From NCBI GenBank assembly GCA_030704615.1, contig CM060733.1, positions 43,958,001 through 44,022,000 on the forward strand: a stretch of 64,000 nt of DNA, given 5' to 3'. The notes beneath the pieces are model-generated. The model was not told the DNA's origin. It worked only from the letters and a program-made list of their open reading frames with translations, and searched no databases. Within the stretch, counting starts at the first letter, position 1. Every line of letters starts with the position of its first letter. Origin of the DNA: Takakia lepidozioides (Eukaryota > Plantae > Bryophyta). Positions 1-10,700 of this stretch are shown in pieces. A program made the translations under genes and the position numbers.

Positions 1-1783
1 CTCACCAGCCGGAACTGTCCACCTGGGTGCGGAAGTGTCCTCAACATTCCCCTCGCTCTCGGACGCGGATTCTATTACGAACTTCTCTACTCTGCCTTTC
101 ACAATTCTATGTTTGGCCTCACGCCTCATTATAATTCTCTGCTCATTCCCGTATGTCAATTGCTCTAACCGAGTAGGCCTATCCTCCCTCCTGATGGCTT
201 CTCTGGCAGCCGTGTCTGCATAGGCTGGTAGAAAAAAATGCTTCTAGGGACTCGCGAGAAACGATTTTCTGGCAAAGAATGGCCGATGCGATTCTGTCTC
301 CTCCTCTGCAACAGGGTCCGATTCGGGCAAGTCTCCTAGCTTCTCCTCGTCGGACGACTCTGCAAGGCTGAGTGTACGCACAAACATAGAATGAAGTACA
401 TTAGAGAATTCAAACAGGGAATCATCGGCAGGTTGCATGGTCCCTACAACCGAAACCAATACACTTACTATGGTGCAACTCACTCGAAGACAGGCATTGG
501 GGGAAGCGGCTTCGGGCGCCCCTGCATCGAACGAATTTCCTGGACTTCCTCCTCTTCATCTTCCTCCTCCCCTTCCACGTCATCTTCTGCGTTTTTGGGA
601 TCCTCAGTCGGAGGCAAAACGCTGAAGGCCCGCCAAATTGTAATCGTACAAGGCTGTATCCCCCTCAAATGAGAACACAAATCGGTTCGACATCCTTCTT
701 GCCCACATACAGGCACCTGCAAATTCATACGACACAACCACAACCAAACTCAAGAATGAGTCGCTTCCTCGCACAAGCAAACATACACAAACATAAATGG
801 TGTCAATTTTGGTGCCGCATTCAATTAACGTTCTCACCTGTATTTGCAGTGATGTTGAGGACCCTGCCTTCAACATCCGTACATGTTTCCATGAGCGTCT
901 GGGATGAATGCAGGACTCCTGGTCCTGCCATACCTCCATGGCTTGCCCGACAAATCACAAAGAATGTCCTTCTCTCCCACATGGTTGAACAGGACGTTAT
1001 ACTCCAGTGGATCAACTGTGGAATCAACAAGTCTTCCTGTTTCACGTAATTTGAATTTCTAATGTTTCTTCACGAAGCAAAATGCCTGAAAGATAAGAGT
1101 CTGCAGAGAAGGAAATGTCCTGGAGGTTTTGCTCCTCCGCAAGCTCCAGCAGGTTCTGATCGTCGCCAAGTCGTACCACGTTGTCGTCCTCTCCTTCTGT
1201 CAGCTCAATGGGCCGCCCTTCTGCAGATCCAACTCCCACATCTCCAGCGGCCTCCACCGCATCCGTGTTTTTTGAAATTGACTGCAAACCTAATATCTCC
1301 GCTTCCAGTCTCCCTAGAGGTTTTACTGGCGAAGCCATGGGCTCCTTATGCTTCCTCGACTTCCGAACTCTAGGTGGGCTTTTCTGAGGCGATATCTGAG
1401 GTGTTGAATGAGGACTCGCCTGCCTCGATGCACTTCCACCTTGCGAGCGCAGCACCCGGGCAGGAGTATCCAAAGTTGACTGTGTTGCTTCGCCCCCCTT
1501 CGATCCCTCCCCAGCTCCCATGTCAAACAAACAGGAAAACATGAAACACTGCACGCAAAAAAAAGGGTGTAAAAGGAATATTGCGTATGGAGTGCTTCAC
1601 ATCCGCAAAGCACGAATCTCTCACTGGTGGGCGATCCGAGTCTCCGGATAACGAGGTCTGCATTTCATGCATGAGACGGAGCTTAAGTCGTGTCGTCGGC
1701 GGCTTCCCAAAATCCCGCGTCCTCCTTCTCTTTGCCGGAGTCGCCTGACCTTCCACAAACTCTATGCTACCACTATGCCGCAT
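1..1783 (-). pseudogene. Remnant of ParB-MTase-like gene in A (ParB exon deleted; MTase motif X/I/II exons and C-terminal exon kept)
   Basis: Frames give QTLMETCTDVEGRVLNITANTG (821-1045) and GACMWARRMSNRFVFSFEGD (604-939), homologous to C QTIMETCTDVEGTVLDLICGTG and GASMWAGRFSDRHLFAYEED. N-terminal ORF 1042-1554 matches B 41274-41715. Confidence 0.8.
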
Positions 1784-2029
1784 AAGGAGAGGAAACGCAG
1801 GAGAATGTCACTGCAGAAGGGCAAGGAGCGAGAGAGCGAAGCGGTGGAACATGCAACCACTATGCACGAGCAGATGTGTAAGCAGCCACGTCTCCCGGAG
1901 CGTTGCCACCATCCACCACTTTCTGCCGTATGGGTGATGAAGAGATTGTGACCCCTGACACGTTCGCACGGATGAAGTCGACTGGAACACGACGCGTGCC
2001 AGTTCCAGCCACCAGTACAAGACGGTTTA

Positions 2030-3650
2030 TCCGAATTGCGGCACCGAAATACCTTCCGTTCACCGGATGCTGTTCCCGGAGCAGCCGACATTGAATGAAA
2101 TATCCGCACATCATGAAACCCAACCGCCATGAAAATCCCCTGCCTATGACATTCAACAGTCAGGTCGGTACGTTTCATCAGCGAACGGATGAATTTCGGC
2201 GCCGAAATTCATCCTATTCAAGTGCTTTCGTACACAAACTTACAAATTTCGGCGCCGCAATTCATCGCTTCCCAAGTCTTCATTCGTCATGAGCAAACCT
2301 GTCAGTGGGATATCGGAGCCGGAATTAATTCCGGGACAGTGGAAACGGCTGCACTTGGGCACATTTCATCCATATTTCGGCGCCGAAATTCATCCAGAGC
2401 GAAGACTAAATCGGCACCATGCTATGCTTTGCCGCCATCATTGCCCCTGACGGATGCTGTCCATGCCTGTTGGACTTGCCATTTCTGGACATTTAACTAT
2501 AATTTTGGCGCCGAAATTATACTTTATGTGCGGTAATGTCTCGTGCGAAAAAGACCACTTAATGGATACTGTCGGTTTCAAATGAAAAAAACGGCTAAAA
2601 TGTAATTAATTTTGACAGAAGGGGTTCAATATGCCGATTTCTCCATTAAATGCAAAATATTCCTGTTATCTTCGTCGGGACGGGGTATTTCCAACGATTT
2701 ACCGAAAATTATATCATCTAGAAGCAAATAGTAAGTGTCGGGTTTGGACGAATTTCGGCGCCAAAATTCATCCATTTCAAAGAAAAATAAATATTGGAGG
2801 GAGGGCATTGGATGAATTTCGGCGCCGAAATCCGGCACTCAAACCCTGAAAAGAATTTGGAGGGATGGAATCGGTTGAATTTCGGCGCCGAAATTCATTG
2901 CTCGCGAAGAAAGAAAAAAAATTCGGGAGGTCTTCGGATGAATTTCGGCGCCGAAATTCATTGCTCGCGAAGAAAAAAAAATAATTTCGGGAGGACTTCG
3001 GATGAATTTCGGCGCCGAAATTCATTGCTCGCGGAGAAAAACTAATAATTCGGGAGGACTTCGGATGAATTTTGGCGCCGAAATTCATTGCTCGCGAAGA
3101 AAAAGGAAAATTAGAAGGGAGTACTTGGATGAGATTCGGCGCCGAAGTTCATCTGTCGCAAAGAAAAAAAAAAAAAAAAAAAAAAAAACTTCAGATGAAT
3201 TTCGGCATTGAAATCCATCCGCAGGGCAGCAGAATTAGGGTCGGAAAAAGAGATGAAGAATGAATTTCGGCGCCGAAATACATCCATTCTGCCGATTCAG
3301 GATTACTGTCATTCGGATGTCAGCACCGATATCCGGACACGTGGTGAATCACGACTGTAATCAGGAACACATTCATCCGTATTTTGGCATCCAAATTCAA
3401 CCCTCATGTGCAGAAACAATTTGATGAAGAAGATGTTCATCCGAATTTCGGCACCGAAATCCATCCGTTGGGTGCTTGGTCAGTTTCATGAGGTGAACAA
3501 ATTACTATTTCTGTCGCCGGAATTCATCCCCTGGCTTCCAAAGTTGTTACATGACAGAGATGTTCATCCAGATTTCGGTGCCGAAATTCATGGGAAGGCC
3601 TGATTTATTGTAGCCCAAGTGGTTGTACATTACAATTCAGGCACCAAATA
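2030..3650. repeat. Array of palindrome GAATTTCGGCGCCGAAATTC (about 15 copies; core at 63-66 bp period) in A
   Basis: Palindrome centres at 2759, 2823, 2886, 2949, 3013, 3076, 3140, 3206 and 3271, plus dispersed copies. Lies between the two divergent genes. Confidence 0.95.
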
Positions 3651-3656
3651 TCCGAT

Positions 3657-4389
3657 GTGAACTTGCTGTTGTCGTCCGTTTTTGTAACGTACGTTACATA
3701 CCTTCATCTTTACGTGCACCGATCACCCATCCTATTGGATACGGAATCCTCCAGAAAATCATTTGTGTTATTAGGTAGGATACACTCTTCTCACTGCAGG
3801 ATTTCACTACGGAGCGTACCGAGAGGTCCCGTCTTCAACATGGACTCCCGTGTTTGGGTAAACGTGTACTTCCATCCTGATTCTCTGAAAGCTAAAATAC
3901 GTTCCACGAAATCCAATTCCCAGTCGTCATCCTCCTCCTCCCACGAGAAGCTCTTCGCCCCGCATACCGGTGGGTGACCCCGCAGCTTGGCCCACCCATC
4001 GGTGGGGGAAACTGAAAAGACGGCGGCCACCAACAAAGGCGAACGACACCAAGATAGCCAACGCTCTTGCAATGCCCTGCATAGTGCAAGGTTGCAGGGA
4101 TGTTCCTCACCCCGGGATGGGGCGCATATTTCAGTTGTCAACAGCCGGGTCTGCTGCGCGCAGTGTCGTGTATACAATCACGGTTTCACAGTACCCAGCT
4201 TGCAACTGTGAGGACTTCCTTGTTATGGAATCGAAGAATGCAGCATACGTCCCCTGCAAACACCTTTATTACATTTTTCTGAAGCGCATGAGTTGCATAT
4301 CCGCAGTGGACGTCTTCATCCATGCTCCAACACTGAGTTTCAACGAGCTGCACAAGGCCCTACGGCAGGACACTGGTCGGACTGCTTGA
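3657..4389 (+). pseudogene. Transposase remnant in A: 5' region fused to SWIM-finger C-terminus
   Basis: CNCEDF...CKHLYYIF SWIM motif in ORF 3970-4389. Deletion junction near 3900 relative to B. Confidence 0.85.
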
Positions 4390-5053
4390 CATTCCACATT
4401 CGGGAAGGAGAAAGTGGCAATTATATTACATTCATCTTCTTGCACCCTATTTTTTTGTGAGGAATTATACACTTGGTGGTGCCGCATCGCCATGGCTACA
4501 TGTGAATTTTGGTGCCGCAATACATGAGAATGTGGTTTTTGGCCATGAATGACATGCGCATGTTTTTTTTATTTTGGTTGTCTACAAATGGATCCGAGTA
4601 AAGCATACATTGTGTGGAGATTAACGGGCATTGAGGCCTATTTCAGCGCCATTTATGGTCTATGTATTGCATAGTGTTTTCTTGTTACTGCTCTTCATTC
4701 AATTTGTAGTGATTTCGCAGCCCATCCTGGCGTTTTCGTCCACCTTTATGAGAAGACTCCAATTTGCTACAAATACATTGTTACTGTTCTACAAATGTGA
4801 TGCCTTTACAAGATTGCTAGTTCTGTGTCCCAGTGGGAAGGGTCCTACTGCATATTCCAGCATTTGCATACTGCACCTTGTGCAAACAACAATCCATACG
4901 ACAAAGGACACGTCCCAGCATACTGGCAGTGAATTGCAAAAAACCTTAACAGAAGATTATCCAAGCATGTATATTCCCCATATGGCACAGGGAAGCTGCT
5001 TGATTTCAGAATGAAAATGTATGTGCCATGAGTGTCGGCGAGTCGAAACATGT

Positions 5054-5623
5054 CTACTCTAGCATGCAAGACCTATGGTCCCCTCGCCCAAGAAGAAGAA
5101 ACTCTAACTGGCCTCTCAAGGACCTCCTGAGTGACCGGGTGCCTATATTTGAACAAAATGTCAGTGGTTTCTGTCGCCTGGTTGAAACTAACGAGGATGT
5201 CGTGTTTTTCACAGTGGGCCCTGTGTTCCCCTCCTCCTCATCCTCATAACTGAAAAGAATGTCCCCACTTTCCGAGCCAGTCCGTCCACGCGTAAAGTTT
5301 TCACCTATGCACTCATCATACGTCCACTCGCAACAATTCCAGCGATACAGCAACGCTGTGCGTGATCTGTTCGGCTCCCACTCATGCGGAAAGTCCAGGT
5401 CCATGATGCGTAGGAACCACCTGCTCCCCAGCCGGGGTCCAGGAGAATCGTGCAATCCTGGAAGAAACTCCATTGCTCTCAGCTGGACAAGTCGAGGATC
5501 GTCCCTGTAAACATCCAGGAAAACAATGATGTTGTGTGCTTTCGGGCGTCGATAGATGTGATTCGGGCACGACATGGCCTCACAACATAGCACAAACTCA
5601 AAGCAGGGAGGAGATGGGCACAA
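5054..5623 (-). pseudogene. Third MULE ORF (unknown function), copy in A with deletions and a frameshift
   Basis: Matches B ORF 36171-36770 except for deletions near 5545 and 5205. Confidence 0.7.
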
Positions 5624-5689
5624 CAGAGAAGAGTGAAGAGCAAAATGAGAGCAAGGCCTCCCTTACCGTAAGGCGGGTATTTGCTCTCC

Positions 5690-6411
5690 GGAGCCCAATT
5701 TTGGCGCCGTTATTGGATGGAGTGCGGAAGCTTCAGCCGAGAATTTTGTTTCCGCAGGTCAATTTCGGCGCCGTTATTGGTTGCAATCCCTAGCCTTCAG
5801 CCGGGTATTTGGTTTCTGGACCCAATTTCGGCGCCGTTATCGGCTGCACTCCGGTGGCTTCAACCGAGTATTTGGTTTTCAGGGCCCATTTCGGCGCCGT
5901 TATCGCCTGCACTCCGGGTATTTGGTTGGTGGAGCCCAATTACTTTCACCGTTGTTGGCTTCACTCCCGAGCCTTCAGCCGGCTATTTCTTTTCCTGTGC
6001 CCAATTACGGCGCCGTTATACCCAACCATCATGCACTTCTGCAACAGTACTATCCACGGTTATAGGTCGCCATTGCGTTTTCGGAGTCTGTAAACCCGGA
6101 TCCTAATTCCGCTTGCGTCTCTGCCTCTGGGATAATTTCGGTGCCGTTATTGCCCAGAATTCAGTTTTTCTATGACCTGGCCTAGCGGTCCATGAGCCTG
6201 GGCTCCAAGTCATGAGCGTACACAGGTACTCATGAGCGGAGTGCTTCCGGCATGAGCGCGGAAATCTTCGATTTTTGATTATTTTATAGTTTTGGGCCCG
6301 AAAAAAATCTGCCGAAATTCGAAGTGTGTTACTTTGCGGCTCATGGGTGAGCCATGCCCGCTCATGAGCTCATGAGCTCACCGCTCATGAGCTCATGGAA
6401 TAGCAACCCCC
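5690..6411. repeat. Subterminal repeats of A: 63-bp units with CGGCGCCGTTA, then TCATGAGC repeats
   Basis: CGGCGCCG centres at 5705, 5769, 5832 and 5895. Multiple (GC)TCATGAG(C) copies in 6190-6400. Confidence 0.85.
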
Positions 6412-7180
6412 CTGTAGTGGGAATATCTAACTCTTCTTTTTCTAAATCAATTATTTCTGGTTGAACTGCATGGACAACTTGTGGTAACCTTGTGACAAGC
6501 CGATCATCTGGCTGTGATGGCTATGATACTGAAGTAACTTCCTCTTCCCTCTCTGAAGGTCCTGCTTTTAGTAATAGCAGTTCTCTGTGCTGCTGTGCCC
6601 CTTCCTGCACAAAAACTTGGGAAACATTATCATGCGGATTCCGTGAAGCCAATGGATCCGCCATTACAGTCTTTCCCTGCCTCTGTCTCTTAGTTTGGGG
6701 TTGCCCTGCCAGTTCACCCTCACTGTGTGAAGAGCCTTGCTCTTCCATTGCAGTGGTTTCTGGCTCAAACACTCCCATCTCCTTTCTTTCTCGAGCATCA
6801 AGGATGCCAGAATCAAGAATTATTTGAGCAATGATTGGGCCAGACACTATGATAGGAGACTTTGCGGTAGTACCCTGTAATCTTTTCATCTCCTCTACCA
6901 GTGCGTTGTACATTATGTCCGCCCATTCTACCTCTTCTCCTCTCAGGGCTTTGAGTATTTCCTCTGTGAAGGATCTGCTCAAGTACTGTTGGTTCTGTTT
7001 CATGGCAAACAGAATGTTCAATACCTGGCCTACCTCCTTTAGCCCTGGGTACACGGCCTTGGTACAAGCGTAACCCTGAGTTTTAAAGAAACTCCCTTCT
7101 TGGAATAAGTCCCCTAATTGCAGTGTTGCCCTGTGCCCCTCCACATGCACTTGACCTGCTGGCAATTGAAACAATTGTTG
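6412..7180 (-). pseudogene. Fragment of R1 retroelement 3' extra ORF; target of insertions A and D
   Basis: ORF 6521-7174 is nearly identical to R1b 31480-32240. Continues at 18449-18616 on the other side of D. Confidence 0.9.
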
Positions 7181-7717
7181 GGGGAATGCTTGCGCATGAG
7201 CCTGGCCTGTGAGCCTGTGAGCCTGTGAGCCTGGCTAGGCTCACGCCACATCAGCAAGCATCCACGTGTTCAGGCCCTAATTCCGTGCTCCCCCCCCCTA
7301 TTACCGCGGTTCCGTGCTCTCACCCCTATTACCGTGCTCCCCCCCCCCCCCCCTTTTACCTATGTCCGTGCTTCCCCCCCCCCCTATGTCCTAATTTTCT
7401 ATCCCTCTTTACTGCCCCCACATGAATATTCCTTGTGGCCGAGAACAATGGCAGGTTTGCGGTTGAATTTTGTGGGAGATCCTGACTTTGGAATGAGGAG
7501 ATCGCCCACTACAGAACTGAATCTGAAAAGAAAAAATGTTTTTTTGGCAAAGCAGTACATTCACTCCAACACACAAACATTTTTCAATTCCGCACTCCGA
7601 AGAAATACCGTAGGCAATCCCTAACTGTACTTACGGGAACGCGCAGAGAACTTGAAAAACAGTATGGGATGGAAGCAAAGCCAAAACACAATTTATTCAG
7701 CCTCAGTACTTGAACCG

Positions 7718-10700
7718 TCAAGAAATATTGGAGGTTTCAGAGGAACCACTGCCAGAGTTAATAGCAATATCATCTATGAATACAGCAGCACATACATGAC
7801 GTTTTTTTTTTCCACGACCTTTATGGAGATGCGAATACAGTGTTTGTTCGGATAACACCCGTGCGCAAGCTTCCGCGTAAACCGGCAAGCGGTTGGATCT
7901 AGGGGGACTCGGGGACATGTAGTATCCTTGGAATCCGAAAGGTGTCTGCTGATTCAATGACTGGTGCAGAACTCTGGAAAGGAACAAGAGAAATGGTGGC
8001 AGATGTTAACATCCAGATATAGACAATGTTACGCAATTTTTTCGAACGGGAACGACACAAGGAAATGCCACATATTTTGAACGACTACAGAAGAACTTAC
8101 TCACACTCAAAATCGGAGTCAACGTCCAGATCCTCGTCAGGCGCTTCGGGCTCCTCCAGAAGTCCCTCTTTGGATGGGGTAGAAGTAGTGTCCGACTCAA
8201 GCTGACGAAGCTCGCTCGAGAAGAGCTCCGTATCAGCTTCCATGCCGAAGAAGTGCCTTCCGGCGCTCTTGCAAGCATGAAAACATGCTCCTGCAAATCC
8301 AAGAAGAACGAGAAATGAAAACAGGGTTTCCCTAAGGTTACTGCCCATATGTCAATCACAATGTAAAGTGCCCCACCTGTGCCCATAGACAAGTCGACCA
8401 CTCGTCCACCATGACGGCTGCATGTCTCCACCAAAGTCTGCATGAAAGCTGGAGATTTCTCCCGTGCACCTCTCCAAGGGACACCAATCGACCTTTTCAT
8501 AGTTCGACCCGAGTCCACGTAATTGAAGAGAACATCATCCTCCATAGGCTCGCAGGTGGGGTCAATATGAGCTGCAAGGTCCCTCATCTGGAACTCAGCA
8601 ACACCAGGAGGAAGAGTGTCCTTCCGCCTCACCAGGCACAAAGCTTCGAACACCCGTGTCTGTCAACAATGAGGAAGAGAGCATGAGACAGAAGGCATAA
8701 CCCAGCATTTTTATTTACCGAAAAAACAACGAAACATGAATTGAAAGGAACCAACTCACTTTCTGCCCCGGGAACTCGCCCTTCGTAAGAGGCAGAGTAT
8801 TGATGCATGTCCAAGTTTTGATGACACGAAACCCGGAGGCTTTCATGTAGCTGAAAAGAGTTCTTCGAGCCGACATGTCCTTTGACTGCATGAGAAGAAG
8901 AGCCCCCGAGTCCGAAAGGAATTTGTTGCTGAACGAGAAAGCCCACTGCCAATAACGAGAATCCGATTTGTTCCAAGTCGGGGTCGAATTGGAAGGGAAC
9001 ACATCAGGGACGGGATAACCGTCAGGAATGTCCAGCACCACAAGGTCAGTCGCGTATGCCTGCTGAACTCCATTCACCCATTCCGGTTTTTTTGTCACCT
9101 ACAGGGAAAAACAGGAGACAGTGTAAGAAGCCCAATCCAAATCGAGCAGGAGATCAATCCCCTGGAAAAGCCACAACAAGATGCCAAAACACAATTATTC
9201 ATACAACAGTTTAGACACAAGTGTTTACCTGAGTGAGGAACGAAACAAGCATGTCCCATGATTTCGAGGGCACCCCTTTGAATGTGGACTTCCTGGACTC
9301 CATCATTGCAAGAAAACTTTCATTCAGCACCCTACGATTGAACTGGCCCAAAACCCTGGAGGGATGTTCTCTCGCCTCGTAAGGCTGCTCCCTCGACTTT
9401 GATGTTCTCCTATCCCTCCTTGCGGGAGAAGGCTCTCTGACAGGAACCTCTGACGGTCCCTGTCCTTGCGGAGCTGCACTTTTCCCCTTCCCCTTAGGAT
9501 CCCCGACAGTCTTCCCCTTTCGTTTTGGAGTGGCAGTTCTCTCGGGCTCTTTTGCAGCCAGAGTAGAAATGATTCTGTCCTGAATGTCTTTGTCTGCCAA
9601 TGGGGCAATCGCTGCGGCATTGTCGTTCAGGTTTCTCAAAACAACTTCATCGAATGGTGTGTCCTGTTTTGGCAGGTCGAGGTACCACCCACAGTCTCTG
9701 AAGTGCGCCCTGCTCCAGTCTCTGGCAATACCAGCCGTGTACATTGTCTTCTCATTGGAGGGGTCAGCCCATGAATAGATGAAGTCTGGGTCATCGCTAA
9801 GGTACTTTCCCGGTATGAGGATATGATACATATACCTAAATCAAACACCAAAAACCCAGACAGTCAGTCAATCGGAAAATGGAAAAGAACAGACATTCAG
9901 AAGAAGATATTGAAATAAAGGAAGGGAACACCTGGTAATCAACTTTTGCTGTCCAGAATCAACCTTGCGTTGACGCAATGTTGATTCGAGCAGAAATGGG
10001 AAACACCTAGTGGTTACGCTGTATTGATAGAGACAACGACTGACAAGTGCAATACAACATTGCGTCAACGCAATGTTGTTTTCACACATAGATGAAATGG
10101 GGAACAATGCCTGAAAACCACCATCTGACTATGTACTGCTATGGATATTCAACATTGCGTTGGCGCAATGCTGAATTCCTCTGTTGAAACAAACATTGAT
10201 AATATATCTGATAATCGAAAGTCTCCTACAATTGCATGGAAGTTGGGGGATGCACAGGGACATTTCCATCAATCCATACCGCCAAACAACCTTGCGTCAA
10301 CGCAAGTCTGTTTGTTGGCATAGTGAAAGCTGAAAATAGCATTTGAAATAGACTCCAAACATTGTTATGTTCAAGTTGAAAGAATTGGATCTGGATTTGA
10401 ACTGCCCCAAACCAGAGGAAAAGGTACATAGTCTGCGTCTCATCAACATTGCGTTGACGCAAGGCTGATTTTCCTGTCCATTCACCCCCATTCACATGCA
10501 ATAAAACGCTAGTATGGGATACCCAGATATAGGTAAGTGAAACCAGGACCATGGTCAACGCAATGTTGCTGGACAGCACATTCAGAGCCCCCAGAGATCC
10601 CTCAAAGCCACGCAAATTCGCAAATCTGAAAGTATGACAGAAGATTGCAGATGCATGCCCTTCAAGTACCACAATTGAGTAAGGAGATCACACCTGTACA

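Larger units (their letters stand above)
1..6411 (-). mobile_element. MULE-like element A, non-autonomous deletion derivative; reverse-complement sibling of element B; other end lies left of the window
   Basis: Near-identical reverse complement of B (35385-43022) apart from indels. Ends in GCTCATGGAATAGCAACCCCC at 6411, directly abutting retroelement R1 sequence (ctgtagtgggaatatc). Confidence 0.9.

Noticed and set aside
1-6411. A and B as giant terminal inverted repeats of one 43-kb element
   Set aside because: B has its own two termini and TSD, A's terminus faces retroelement sequence, and their internal deletions differ. They are independent insertions.
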